A stretch of 64,000 nucleotides of DNA from Octopus sinensis. Lineage: Eukaryota. Shown piece by piece: positions 29,420 to 43,398 of this stretch (position 1 is its first letter; the number at the start of each line of letters is the position of its first letter). The notes beneath the pieces are model-generated. The model made no database searches. It was given only the letters and a program-made list of their open reading frames with translations, and had not been told where the DNA came from. The stretch spans positions 93,992,001 to 94,056,000 of the forward strand of contig NC_042999.1 of the NCBI RefSeq assembly GCF_006345805.1, given 5' to 3'. A program made the position numbers and the translations under genes.

Positions 29420-29558
29420 AGCTGCGCGGTATACCACTTGTCATGTGTCAAAGAGAGTAAAGTGAGTTGTTTTGATCAAGAACACAATACACCTCCCGTT
29501 TCCGCAATTAAAACCACGATGTTCCGTTCGTTGCTATAACGCCCTAACTACTAGATCA
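29420..29558 (-). mobile_element. Older SINE family 3-related head fragment
   Basis: Reverse complement GGACGTATGATCTAGTAGTTAGGGCG...GTGTATTGTGTTCTTGATCAAAACAACTCAC resembles 28754-28860. Confidence 0.7.
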
Positions 29559-29825
29559 TACGTCCACACGGAGTCTAGTGGCTAGAAAGTGTTTGCATCA
29601 CCTGGTGTGAAAATCAATTACGAACATCGAAATATAAGATATGTGGTATACTTAGCTTGAAAAGCTTACTGATCCCTCCTTTCTATGAATTCCTTTATGA
29701 ATTTAATACCTACACAATTACAGTCGTTCGTACACGTAAATATTCAAGCTCATACACACACACGCGTGCACACATAAACACTGTCACATGTACAAACACA
29801 CATACACGGATAATTATATATATGT

Positions 29826-30060
29826 GTATATATATAGTTAATCCAAACATGAAAACACAATGAGAAAAATACAACAACGTGAGGACGTGGAACAAATATT
29901 GTGTTATTAGATGATCAGGAAAGGAAAGAAAGAAGGAGGGATTAACGTTTCGAGCGGAGCTCTTCGTCAGAAACATGGGAAAAGGAAAGATCCAAGGAAG
30001 GGAAGACGAAGGAAATGATATAACCAACAGTACACAAGCGGTCACACACACACACACACA
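29826..30060 (-). mobile_element. Short interspersed repeat carrying a hammerhead-ribozyme-like core (Penelope/retrozyme-like)
   Basis: Minus strand CTGACGA-A-GAGC-TCC-GCTC-GAAAC-GTT at 29970-29944. A second, truncated copy lies at 13273-13385. Confidence 0.55.
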
Positions 30061-30084
30061 CATATATACATATATATTGATAAC

Positions 30085-30953
30085 TTTGATAAATTTGATA
30101 GGTTTCGGCCAGTATAGGCCCAGGCTATATGTAAGTCAATAGCATCACCTGGTGCAGTCTTTTAGTCATATATGGGACACCATGGCCCACTCTAGCAGTT
30201 TTATTATTGGAGATATATTGGTATGTAGGAGGTTGGTCCAGCATTTTTTGAAGATATTTGTTCAGGGCACTCTTCAGTTTTATGGGATCCGTTTCAGTTT
30301 TGACGTATTTTGATGTGGTATTAAAGAGAGGTGGGTTCGGGCAAAAGTAGGGTAGAGAAGGATGATAGTGTGGGAATTTCTAGCCCGGAAAGTATCAGAA
30401 TCCAAGAGCACATCTTCCGAGCAAAGCCTACCTTGCTATTTACGTGGGAAATCCAGCGGAAGAGCATGTGGTAATTTCAGAGTATCCTCTTTTCCAACGA
30501 GGATCAAATCAAACTTATCTTCATTTAGAAGCATATTGTTTTTCTTTTTCTTTTTGCCCATTGGACAATAGCAAAAAGATCCGCCTGAAGGCATATTTGG
30601 TCTCCCATACCGTTTATGGCTTACTGAAGTGTCGAATCATCTGCAAGGATTTTCAATGTAGAAAGTTTGATGATGTCTACTATGTCATTGACGCAGATAA
30701 TGAAGAGGAGTGGGCACAATACAGCACCTTGTGGGACAGCAATACTGACTTTGGCTGAGCTAGATCGTATTTTTTCAAACACAACATATTGGGTTATGTT
30801 CGTCAGGAAACACTTTATCCACTGTAGCAGCTTTCTACGTACTCCGATATTGGATAGTTTCTTCAGCAGGATTTCATGGTCCGTTCTGTCAAACTCCTGG
30901 TTGAAATCAAGGTATATGACGTCAGTGTTGGAGCGTTCTCCCAACGCTTTTAA
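30085..30953 (-). mobile_element. CR1-like LINE reverse transcriptase fragment (truncated pseudo-ORF2)
   Basis: ORF 30621-30944 reads DVIYLDFNQEFDRTDHEILLKKL..GV..KLLQWIKCFL..VPQGAVLCPLLFIICVNDI..ILADD. Degraded thumb sequence continues towards 30085. Confidence 0.9.
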
Positions 30954-31029
30954 GATGTCATATATATTTATGTATGTATGTATGTATTTCTGTATGTATA
31001 TATATATATATGCGCGTGTGTGTCTTGCT

Positions 31030-31135
31030 AACTGTGTTTGTTCCCTACCACCGCATGAGAACCGTTGGTGGTGTGAGTTTACGTCTCAGTAATTTAGCGA
31101 TACGGTAAAAGAAACGGAGAGAATAAGCACCACAC
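31030..31135 (+). mobile_element. SINE family 1 internal fragment
   Basis: GGTGTGAGTTTACGTCTCAGTAATTTAGCGATACGGTAAAAGAAAC..GAGAATAAGCAC matches the family 1 body. Confidence 0.65.
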
Positions 31136-31254
31136 CGAGGAAAATTTAGGAAAATATAAGAATAATTAGGAAAGTTTAATGACTGCCTGCAGTCTAATAA
31201 CTGAAACAAATATATATATATATATGTGTATGTGTGTGTGTGTGTATGTATATG

Positions 31255-31317
<63 letters not shown>

Positions 31318-31367
31318 ATATATAATATATATATATATATATACGCACGCACATATACACACACATG

Positions 31368-31401
<34 letters not shown>

Positions 31402-31900
31402 ATATATACATATTTGTGAACATGTGTGTAGCTGAATGGTTCTTCAATTTATTTCTCGGAGCGTCAACTACGTAGAATGTCACTCAAACAGCAAATATTC
31501 CGTCGATATTCTCAAACTACTTGAAACGAAACTTATTTTAGCATACATATATATTCTATATACATATAAAAAGCATGTAGAGATGAAAGGGAAATCATAA
31601 TGAGTAGTGAATTATATTATAGAACTTATGCATTTACACCTTTACTTCTTTTTCAGATTCTTTGATGATAGTTATGAACTTATCATCAGATATATTTGTT
31701 AAACAGATTTATAAAAATAGTTTTAGAGCACATTTTACTTAAGGATTATTATTGGGACATATGGATCGTATTGGTGAAGCGTATCACATTTTGCATCCTA
31801 TGATGAAGAAGAGAAATGAAAGAAAGAATGAAGCTTGGAATGAATTGAGAATTCGTGAGGCGTAGAAGGAAAACATGAGCGAAAATGAAAATAAACAGTA

Positions 31901-32038
31901 CAGGGTACTCGGGCAGTCGCACGGGATGCCATGTGCTAGGGGCGCGAAGGATTGTAACAAGGAAATTTCAACGACTGTCAGCTTTTACACGCTGAAATTC
32001 AGCTTGTCCGGAGCGTCAGCAACCTATGGCCGGCCCTG
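31901..32038. mobile_element. Possible decayed hAT-type MITE
   Basis: Starts CAGGG and ends GGCCGGCCCTG, GC-rich relative to the flanks. The left TIR is poorly preserved and no TSD was found. Confidence 0.3.
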
Positions 32039-32069
32039 GTTACAGGAATACCTAAAAATAGCAAAGTCA

Positions 32070-32920
32070 TGAGGTGCGTTCAAAAAGTATTCCTCTTTAA
32101 TTTTCCCACCAAAACTACTACCGTGTGTGTAAAATCCTTTGGTTAGACTATACCATGTAACTCTTCCTACTCGTGTAAGAAGGTTTTGGAATATTTAAGC
32201 CGCGTTCTCGGATGTTACGCCTCAAGTACAGACTTGCAGTACGTGCTCGTCTGATTTTCGTTTTCACGCAAGATGACCGAATGCATCGAGTAGAGAACGT
32301 AAAACATATCCCCATCACCAGTGATGATGGTCTTCATGAAGTCTGGGTCGCAGCTTGCAGAGTCCAGCATATTCTAAGTGATTTCCAAATGGATTTGCTT
32401 CTACCAACAATGTCCGCATGCACAAATCCTCCGTTTACATGGAATGCACTAAGATTGTGCATGTTTCCACTTCTTGAGCAATTTCCTGAATTGTTACAAG
32501 ACGATCTTTCATGATTATTCTCCGAACATTCTCACTCTGCCCCTCGCTTTGGCTTGTAGATGGTATGCCTGAGTAAGCAGCGTCCTCTACTGTGGAGCAT
32601 CCATGTTTGTAGCTGTTGTACCACTATTCGGTCTGAGTTTTGTCCCAGGCATCATCGTCAAAGACCTGGTGAATCTTCTGCATGCTTTGAGATTGAGCAT
32701 CATCAAGCTTTTGACAAAACGTGATGCAGTGTTTCTGCTAAATCCATTTGGTAAAAACGAAAATCCTATGAGCGCGCACGACACGTCTGTACACGAAAAC
32801 TTCGGAACATGTGCTGGAAGTGGGATGGTACCACTAACCTGAAGGTTTTTTTTTACCTACGTGACTTTAGCCTTGGTGAAAAAAAAACAATGAAGTCAGA
32901 TACCTTTTAAATTCACCTCG
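32070..32920 (-). mobile_element. Internally deleted mariner element with both TIRs
   Basis: TIRs (T)GAGGTGCGTTCAAAAAGTATT and GATACCTTTTAAATTCACCTCG|TA. Minus-strand remnant from ATG 32747: CITFCQKL..WYNSYKHG..VED..SG.PSTS..ENVR..I.KDR.VTI.EIA..DPDFMKTIITGD. The rest of the catalytic domain is deleted. Confidence 0.88.
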
Positions 32921-35139
32921 TATATGGCCAACAAAGGTTTTTGAGAGCTGTTGTTATCTTCACTGTTATCATTCAATAGGTTGTATATGTTTACATTTCG
33001 CGTAGATTCAGCATTTTTACTGTTATTTCTCCATTTGTTGTAATAGAACTTATGACATGGATTCTAAACACTTCAATATTCGTAGTCTTTTTCAGACAAA
33101 GTGACACATTGAAACACATTCATATGTATAGAGAAAACGTAAAATTTATACGTCTTTGCTGATTTAATTGCTATTCAAGTGATTTCAAAAGATGTTATTT
33201 TTGCTTTAGAAAATTGTCAATGGCTGACAACAATCTCGTTATAAATTAAAGCTATTGTTTATCGCAGGTATAAGCAAAATTTGCTACTTTATTGGAATTC
33301 CATAAATTTCTGTATCTAAATTTATGTGTACCCACTTAGTAGTTATCTATTCTGTCTTAACAAGATTAATTAGTATACGAATTTAATTTGGAGTGGTGTA
33401 TGTAATGAATTCATGACTGATGATGTCATTGTCAATAACAATGTTACGATTTCTTTGACTCCTAAAGAGAGCTCAATAGTATTTATGCTTCACTTTCTAA
33501 GAGAATTTTTGCCATTAATAAACAAAAAATAACCGAGAAGTTCTAATTGATCACCAACTTTAATTATGTCCACAAATCTACGTGTGGCAAGATCGATCTT
33601 GATTGGAGATTGTGTTCCATCGTGTTTAGATAAAATGAAGTTGGTACAATCCTATGTAGTCGGACGTCTTCTAGAAATTTCCAAAATGACGATACGTGTA
33701 AATCGATGAAAGTAAGTGAGATTGTTTTCATTTTATTTTCATTTCCTATGAATGCAAGCTGAAATCGTTCTATAGTTTCTCTTCTTCGCTTGGAAAAAGA
33801 AGCTTAAAAGGATAAGAAACAAGAATTAGAATTTTTTTAAAACACGAGAAAGCGCTGACAAACATTCATTATTTTGTAGATGTGATTGTGAAGCTGTAGT
33901 GGTTGATTCGGATAGCTTCTTTAAATTTAAAGTAATGTATGCTCTTTTGATAAGGGACAATATATCAGCAGCTGTCAAGATATTGTTTGAATGTTTAATA
34001 AGAACATATATTATCAAGCCTCCGAAAGACTGAAAATCTCAAATATGGTCAAGAACAATGCTTTGCATCATTTTCCTAGTCTAATATTCTACCGCTTCAG
34101 ATAATGAAAAAAATTTTGGAATTTTAAGTTTACATTTTAGTGTTTCTGTGGAAGGTACCACGTTACACAAATTTCAAGGATATCTTTTGTGTTTTTAAAT
34201 GGAATTCAGTACACTACAATTTCAGCACCGGTCTCACATTTCTTAAACATTAGAACATTTATTGCAAAGTAGAATTGTTAGTTTCGTAGTAATTGATTAA
34301 ACCCATCAGAATATATTTCAAATTTGGAGAACTTGTCTTTTATCGACACTAGTTCTATTTCAGCTTCAACTATATTTTACTCACTGGAGCTTTCACTGTG
34401 TGATTTGTAAATAAGCATTTTTTGTATCGTTGTCTTCTTTCCATCAGTGATAGAATGATAAATTCTTTGTGCGTGTGTGTGTTTATGTGTGTGTGTGTGT
34501 GTGTGTTTGTGCGTGTATCTGTGTGTGTGTAATTTTGTTTGTTTCATACGCTTATTTCTTGTGTTATTAAGATATTACATAAGCAGAGAATTAATAGAGA
34601 GTGTGGCACAGTTTTAATCTATGACTTGTTTAGCAATTCATAAAAAGATTTTTTTTTACAGAAAACCTTTTGATATTTCCTTAAAATCACTAATTTTAAA
34701 ACTTAGGTTTTGGCGTCTAGTTAACCATATTTGTAAGTTGGTCATGTAACTTCTTCAGTTCTTCTTCAAGAAATGTAGAAGATGAAAACTAATCCTACAA
34801 TAGTGATACATTTTCTCTAGGCTGGTTTAATGATAGAAATAGTATCAGTAAGTCAAAGAGTTAAATGCTTGTGTACAAGAGATCCATCACAATTAGAGCG
34901 AAGAATTTTATTGCCAAAAGATGAAGATCGAATTTGAAAAATGTCGACTCATTAGTCATTAAATAATTTCACTAAAAGAAACCAATTTATGAATTTAATT
35001 TCTTTAAGTATTAACTCAACCAAAATCATTCTTTTCGCTGCACGCATTTTACACGCGAACTCGATATTTTTCTCGTATGTCACACTTGTCTATCCAACAG
35101 ATGTGATTGTTTGTGACAGTTGCATGGGTCTGGAGTTAC

Positions 35140-35256
35140 CTATGTACACTTCTGGACTCCTTCAGAAGATCTATTGTTGGTGCAATCTGCTCTTCTATAT
35201 TAGTGCGCAAAATATTCCCGAGCGCTGTTCGGATCAATATTATCCCACCTAGTCTT
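35140..35256 (-). CDS. Candidate 117-nt internal exon (phase 2-2, unverified)
   Basis: Acceptor ATTATATATTTTTCAG and donor CATAG|GTAACT. Open frame RLGGIILIRTALGNILRTNIEEQIAPTIDLLKESRSVH. No homology recognised; it could be non-coding or chance. Confidence 0.3.
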
Positions 35257-36224
35257 CTGAAAAATATATAATTTGTTTCGGGACTAAACTTAACCATCAT
35301 ATTTTAACCCATATAACAGATTGGAAATATGCTATGAAACCCTTCTGTGTAATACATAGATACCAAAACGACATGAATATGATTTTGTAATTAATTTAAA
35401 TACAGGAGATTTACATATATAAGATTCATTTATCAAAAGTAAAAAGAAAAAAAAAATGCTAGAGATATCAACTTTTATGTCAAGGAATTCAGTCTGCCAT
35501 GACACGGAAACCCATGCTGTAACCACATGGTTACACGAATACACACATGTCAAAATATATTTATACACACAACGCGTATCCGAACACATACACATAAACA
35601 TTCACAAACACAGAGAAACTAAGTATTCCACCAGAGCTTAATGCTTTATTATAGCTTTCGTTTACAACCTTGCCATTATGCTAAGTAAATTCTACTTTTC
35701 AACCGGTTTGCTTTTTAACTTTCTAGCAATCCGCTTCTGCAGAGTAAACTGTGAGACCGATAAATGACCACATAATTTCTTGTATTCAATTGCATATTAA
35801 TTCAATCACTCCCGCATGGGTAGCATGACAAGTGTAAATAAGTGTTAATGAAGGTTTATACTGAACTGTCTGATCATGAAAACGAGTACGGGTGAGAAAC
35901 ATTTATATATATATATATATTGTAAAGCGACACATGGTAACATGCTAGTGTGTAGTTGAGCGTAAATGAATGAATTTTGTAAAGAAATATGGTATTGAAT
36001 GTTTTCAATATGTCATATCAGGCAATTTTCAACACATGACGGTAAAAATACCTATTTCCAGAGGGTTGTTTTGTAAGATTAACAGGCAGTTGGAAGACAA
36101 AAGTTATTTGTGACAAACATATACAAAGAATGCCTGCGGGAACATAACAGTTCGGGATTTTCATATAAAGATTAGAAGTTATAATAAAGTGAAACGAGAA
36201 TGAGTGTATATATATGTATGTATT

Positions 36225-36294
<70 letters not shown>

Positions 36295-36385
36295 GTGTGT
36301 TTTGTGTGTGTGTGTGTGTGTGCGTGTGTCTGTGCGTGTGTGCGTGTGTGTGTGTGTATGCATGTATATATGTATAAGTATGTAT

Positions 36386-36457
<72 letters not shown>

Positions 36458-37009
36458 TTATGTGTGTATGTGTTTGTGCGTGTGTGTTCATATATACACA
36501 TATACAGAAGTGTATTGCAGTTCGCTTGAAAACTAGTGGAAGATATTCAATGTTACAGAAGGTGAGAGCAATAGATGTTTAATGTTGAATATATAGAAAG
36601 TAGTAAATAAAAATTATTGATATTTCCCTCTGTTCCAAATACCTGATAAATAATTTTTCAAGCGTTTGGTCCTGTTAAAATTTGGAGATGAAATTTTATT
36701 ATCTTCGACCTAAATGTTATAATGAAATGACTAGCATTTCGAAGAATGGCTCATTTGGTGGAGTGGGGCTCATCATAGTCAGTGCATCCATTTCCATTCC
36801 ATCGTTTTAAACTGCTTGTTAATAATTATTGACATATAAGTTTTTTAAAATGTTAACAAAATCTTCCTTCACGTGAAGATTATACATATTTATGCCTATA
36901 GACGTAGTTGTGAAATTGTGGTGTCGGTGTACTTGTAAATCCTTGAATACTTCGACATATTAATATATATATATATATATACACATATGTGCGTGTGTAT
37001 GTATGTGTA

Positions 37010-37045
<36 letters not shown>

Positions 37046-40000
37046 TGTGTTTATATGTGTATATACATATATATGTAATTATATATATACATACATACAC
37101 ACACACACACAGAGTCACGGATACAAATACACAGACACCACCGAACACACACAACACATTTGTGCGATAGCGTATTTAAATACAAAGAAATAATTGCATG
37201 TATTTACATATGAATGTGTGCGTATGTATATATATTTATATGTATATATGTACACAAACGCTTGGATATATGCACTTACATGTACTTACACGTATATTGT
37301 GTATAAATAAGTGTTTACAAATTTAAACTAGTCCTTAACTTCACTAAAAGATTTGGAACGACGTAAATGGCTGTGCATGCAAAGACTAAAACTATTAATG
37401 TTTCTATTCAATTTCTATAATAAATATAAACGGAAATATTTTTTTTGTTATTTTTTTACTGCATTATTAAATACCATGAATATAATTGAAAATTATATAG
37501 GACATATCAAATACCTAGTCAATAGCACTATCATGTTTATATCTAAATGCAAATTTCATAACGTCATGTGGTCAGAAATCGGATATGATTATTTTAGTAT
37601 TTAAATAATATTAGAATTTTATTAGTTAAAACTTCAGAAACAATTTTTAAAATCTGCAAGTGTCGTATGCGATAAATTTTGAAACTTACTTCGCACTAAT
37701 ATATCAGCAATTTCATCCATTCCCTCTCTAAAGCCAAATACCAAATTTTCTTTTTTTTAATATACTTTTTCCAGATATTTATTTTGTACTGTATACTTGT
37801 ACCCCTCACAGCGGATGGGATCAGTATGTTCAAAAATTTTATTTATCTAGAAAATAAGTAAGCTAGTCAACTTCATCCTGAAATTCAGGAAATATTTCCA
37901 ATAGTGACGAAGGTATTATATGTACAATTAAGAAGTTATATTTTCGCGATGCTGTTATGGTTAATGTGCATTAATATATATATCGTAATGGTTAAAACCT
38001 TAAATAGAAAGCAAACCAACGATGAATTTTATAAAGGTCAAATTGCTTAGACAGCAAGCTATCCAAAAACTTGTGTCATGATGTGAAGAAGGAAAACAAT
38101 AATATAATCCATCGAATTGTCTGCAAGTAAATCATGTTCGATGCACTTCATCATACAGTTTCAAGTATGTTATTCGATAACAAGGAGGTTAATCGAGATT
38201 TTACTATTTTTAACTTACAATATATGCGTTAGCAACTGACTTCAGCGAATGACAAAGTTATAAGTTATTTATAAGATCATTAGCAATTCAAGTATGTAGA
38301 CTCATGCAATCAAACTTTATAAGAACACGGGAAGAGTAAAGACGCCACTTCGAATATGATTTTCCAAAAATGCAGCAAGAACTAAAATTTATTTCAAGAT
38401 ATGTTTCAAGTGTATGCCGTTTTAATCCTAAGGGTATTTTTGTTATAAATACTTCTTTCTATACATTCAAAAGTACCAAAAAACTGTTCTGTTTTACCAT
38501 AAGCCAGATGATTGCAGATAATCGTTAGAACTTACGGTGGCTATATCTTAGTTATGCGTTTTAGTAAACAACGTGGCTCAAAGCATCTATTTTAACATTT
38601 TACTGTTGTTATAAAATTGTTCACTTGAACTTGTGGTGATTTGACCGATCAGCGAAAATAATTTTTATTATGTAGCGATCTCCCAAACATTCGTTGCTAA
38701 GATTATCAGACGTTCATTGCTATAATGATTGTCATCAATTTGTTATTATCTGATGTTCACATTTCCTGATTCATGCTGTTTTGCAAATTCGTTTAATTCT
38801 TCCTAATCGAACATTTCACTCCTTGCTTCAATGAAATTTCTTGTTATTACAATGATATCTGAAAATCCAGATATTATAAATCTGTTTCTGTATTTCCAAT
38901 GTTTTTCCGAGGAATAAATTGATTTAAGTTTGTAAGATTGATCAAATGCTAAAGCTTGTGAAATGAGTGTCAAACTTACATTTTTTTTTTTTTGTTTATC
39001 AAGAAATGAATTTACTTGAACTAGAAAACCCGAATCAAGATAGTAAACGAAAAGCAGAACAATTCATGTGAGGTGATAGTGATTCACAGCCACTAGTAAC
39101 ATATTCAAGAGTCACATATTTGGTAAAACTGTGGGATTATGCACTTTTCAGCAAACATTTCATATATTTACAAGCGTCTGTAACTCAACTAAGGGCAAAG
39201 AAAGCTTTTATTTCATACAAGAAAATATAAAGCAAAATAATACATTCCTGGTAAATCATTTTTGATTTCATTTGCTCTGTATTTGTAGAGTACATTTCTC
39301 ATTGTTAAATTCAATAAATTTACGTGACTTTATAATCAGTTGAAAGGCTGACAATATATGTTCCCCAGGGGTTGTGGATAGCTTCTTTCGTAAACTAATT
39401 TTTTTTTTACTTTTCCTGCTCTCAGTTCTTAAAATTCACAAAAGGTTTGATTCTGTGCTTTACCAATGAGTTAAAAAATTCGGTGAACCATATTGTTTCT
39501 AAAAAATTACCTTGGTATATGTTTTCTACTTCCAGATTAATATTTGAATCTTTGCAATGTCTCTCTTTGGCAATGCTAGTACTTTTAGACATTTCTCAGA
39601 GATTATATTCGTTTGAGAATTTCGATGCTGTCTATAATGATTTTCGTTTCAAATTGTATCAACATTTCCCTGCTAAAATTCTATTTAGCTTTCTTGATTA
39701 CACTCAGAAATACCGGAAATGCTATATGATATTTGTCACCTTTCTTTCCAGAGGACATTTTGATAAATATGGTAATATTGTGGATGACGGGTTGAATGCT
39801 ATTTTGGAGTTATCAAACAACAAACAAAGCATAAAATAAATATATTAAGAGCCGAGCCTCTTTGATTTCAACTTACGCTGTTAATCAATTTAGAGAAATA
39901 TATTTTAGATTGCAATCTAATTCCAATAATTTTACCTCATCGAATAGTTGTATTCGCTGTAGAACGTGCGTGCTGCTTTGACTACACATATTTTATGCAT

Positions 40001-42046
40001 TTTCGAGCGATGGCATGATTTGGAATAGTTCTTGATATTTTGTAATTTATTGATGAGTCTCACTTATCCTTTTTAAGCCCGAAAATTATTTTCTCTAGCT
40101 TTTTCTCTTTGCAGTATTCTCCCCTTTTTGTTGACCTATTTCTATGCCATCCTGAATTACATGTGAACAATATTATTTTTTCCAATGAATATCTATGGAT
40201 ATTTAGAAAAGCTAAGAATCTATGTATCGACTTAGATGCTCCGTAAAGTTACATATTTCTCGAGTGAACTTATAACCTACCCGTAATTCTCTTATTCTTG
40301 TTCATACAACTTGTAGGAAAGAAAACGAGAATAAATTTTGAAATAAAAAATAAGTATAAAATATGAATATGAGCTATAATGAGAGTATTGATTTAATTAT
40401 AGATATATCATAGCATCAGATTCATATAGCAAGGATATTCATGGAGATTTTATAACAAGCGTGCCGGCAGTGGCACGTGATGGACTTGGAGCATATTCAC
40501 ATTGCTATGTTTTATAAATGTTCAATATAGCTTGTCTAAGCAGTTACCAAAATGTAATTATAAATGTGTGTGTGCTTGTGTGTGTGTGTGTGTCTGTATG
40601 TGTCTGAGTGTGTATGCGAATGAGATTTGATTGTTTAAGAAATTAAACTGTCGACTCTCTCCCCAAAGAATACACTACCAGTGACCTGAAATATATGTGT
40701 GAATACTTTAATTTATTGTTAATTCTTAAATAGCTAAAACCATAAATGAAAAAGCGTAAAGTCGGTTTATTGAAAAATTAAATTATGCTATTGATTATTT
40801 TTACATATTGGTTTCCTCATTCACCTATGTATTTAAATCAATTGAATGAGTAACCAAAAGTCATATATATATATATTGTGTTTAAATTCAGTTTGTAATA
40901 TACGTTTGCAGAATATTATAAAAGCACGATATATAAATTCAAAAACACACATGCTTGATATACCCACTGAATTGGGTAGGGCATGCAAGCTCTCCTTCGG
41001 CCGATTGCTTCCGGGATGTTTCACAACAATAGGTCATCTATAAATACACTTTATTCACAATACGACTTACATAAATCATGTGATGTAAATATGCAGTACT
41101 ATAACAACCATTTACTATGAATATATCTCGCTGTCTGGTACTTGAGCGTAACGTAACTTATAGGCTAATATGACAGCAATAAATCATTATATGAGTAGTT
41201 CCATTATAGCTTTAAACAGTTATAATAACAACTAGACAGTTTTTACATTATTCATACTATTCTCGTATTTCTCAATGCTTAGTATAGTTACAGGTTTGCC
41301 TTTCATTTTAGTATAGTAATCAAAGACGATTTTCTACCATTTCTTAAACTAATCTTGCTTATCAATAAAATTAAAATACATAAGACTTGAAATGTGTTTT
41401 CTCGTGCAAATCAAATGCTGCAACTCGATTTAAAACATTTTACGTAACTGAAACATGTAAAAATTGCGTTATGATGCACCAACAAAATATATTTCTTCAA
41501 CAAATATTGTCAGTCCTTAAACATAATAAAATAAAACTTTATGACGACATATGTAATAAATAAAAGTGTTCTAAGCAGAAAGTTCTAACAATAAATGCTC
41601 TATTATGTAAAACATGATTTAAAGGGATCAATGAGAACCACTTACATTATCCAGGCGAGACAGCCATCTCTCTCTCTCTTCGTCTCATAATTATGTATAT
41701 CTCGCGTTCGGATTGACTATTTTAAGAATAATAATAGAATAGTTCGTACTGCACTTGCCTAGCAAATGTCTTGGACTAAGAACGTGTGATGAAAATGACA
41801 CAGCTGCATTGTGAACAAGAAAATCGAAACGTTTAATAACACCCAATGCTGTTGAATTAATTTTAAATTAATTTCATATAGTGCTGATTATAATCTTAGG
41901 AGAAGTCACTGACAGTTATACTGCGACAGTGAAAACATAAGTGGTCGGATCATTCATGAAATAATCTGCAATGAGAGACGCATTTTGTATCATGCAATGA
42001 CTTTCATGACACTCTTAATAAAATTTAATCCCATCACAGATATACA

Positions 42047-42089
<43 letters not shown>

Positions 42090-42646
42090 GAGCGTGTGTG
42101 TCTGTGTGTGTCTGTTTGTCTGTGTTTCTGTGTCTGTGTGTATGTGCCTCTGCGTGTATGTTTGTGGGAGTGTGTGCGGATATATTCAAATGCACCTAAA
42201 TTGATACGATTGAATAGAAATACAAATGTGTCAACATTTAGCTTCGTATGATTGTATGAGTCGTGCAGGAATTATGAATACGTAACTGTGTATTATTTGA
42301 AATATCACCTTAGATGTTTCCTACATTATACTGCAGGGATAAACATGCAACCTACTAAAATTTGTCCGTGTTAATGCAAATGGAAATATGTCCTTTCTGA
42401 AAAAGCTCAGAAGGAATACAGAGCCAGAAACAATGAAAACAATATGATGGAATGAGCTGAGAGTATGCTTCCATCAAATTTGTTAAGAGGTGTGAATATA
42501 TCGCATGTAGATACATGTATATTTCTATATCAATGAACGTCCTCTACTCTGTTATGCAGCGTAAGCCTGTCTGAAAAGCTAGACCAGATTAAGTGTGCGT
42601 GAATATGTGTAATTGCATATATGTACATGATGATGAGTATGTGCAT

Positions 42647-42683
<37 letters not shown>

Positions 42684-42827
42684 TTCTATAATTGAATAAG
42701 GTGGAGTCAACAAGAAGGAGTACAGAAGAACATTTTCTTGTAGTCGTTAGAATTGTTTCTACGGAACATACTTAACATATATACGCTTATGTATCCTTAG
42801 CAACTAGACTCCTCCTCTTTTATCCTA

Positions 42828-43045
42828 TCTTTCCATCCTACTATCAAATTCTCTTGCACCATTTCCAATACTTCTGTCGCCTTTCTCCACATTTCAGTCA
42901 ACATATACCACTCCATTCCCTACAAACACATTAACTCATACTCATACCTCAAATTCTCCTCCTACCACCCTACCCGCACCAACCTCTCCATCCCCTACTT
43001 CCAATTCCTCCGTCTCCGCAGGCTCTGCAGTGACAACCATGAATT
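42828..43045 (+). mobile_element. Penelope-like element RT fragment
   Basis: One frame: SFHPTIKFSCTISNTSVAFLHISV..PYKHINSYSYLKFSSYHP..SIPYFQFLRLRRLCSDNH, matching the PLE HP.IKF/FLD/SHP/SQFLRLRRLCSD motifs. Confidence 0.85.
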
Positions 43046-43376
43046 ATATATATATATAATGCGTTATATATATATATATATATGTATAACGATATTTATG
43101 TACATGTAAGTTTATCAACTGAATGGCCGCTGAATCCTTGAAGGTCAGCGAATGGTAATCGTAAGTGTAACCGAGTATGAAAGATGAATTAGCAGTACGA
43201 AGAAACAGATTACTACCCCCTTTAATATGAACCTTAATGTTTACCTTCCATAGCATAGCCACCCTCTCACTCAGTTGCTATATTTAAAGCAGATTCATCA
43301 ACAGACTTACAAGCAAAACACACACTTTAATACACTGTGTGGTTAGTACGACATCGTATAGCCACAACAAACAGAA

Positions 43377-43398
43377 CTGATGAGGTCGAAGCCGAAAC
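43377..43398 (+). ncRNA. Hammerhead ribozyme core relic (stems I and III not intact)
   Basis: CTGATGA-GGT-CGAA-GCC-GAAAC: conserved core with a closable stem II. Lies 330 bp downstream of a PLE RT fragment on the same strand. Confidence 0.35.

Noticed and set aside
33430-34480. Possible exon and 47-nt mini-intron (GTAAGT 33713 to AG 33759), or a decayed transposase
   Set aside because: All frames contain stops and no diagnostic motif was found.
37900-39840. Possible hAT/Buster fossil and the 130-aa ORF 39447-39839
   Set aside because: Only vague resemblance (IIH..CK). The ORF has no recognisable domain, and splice context is absent.
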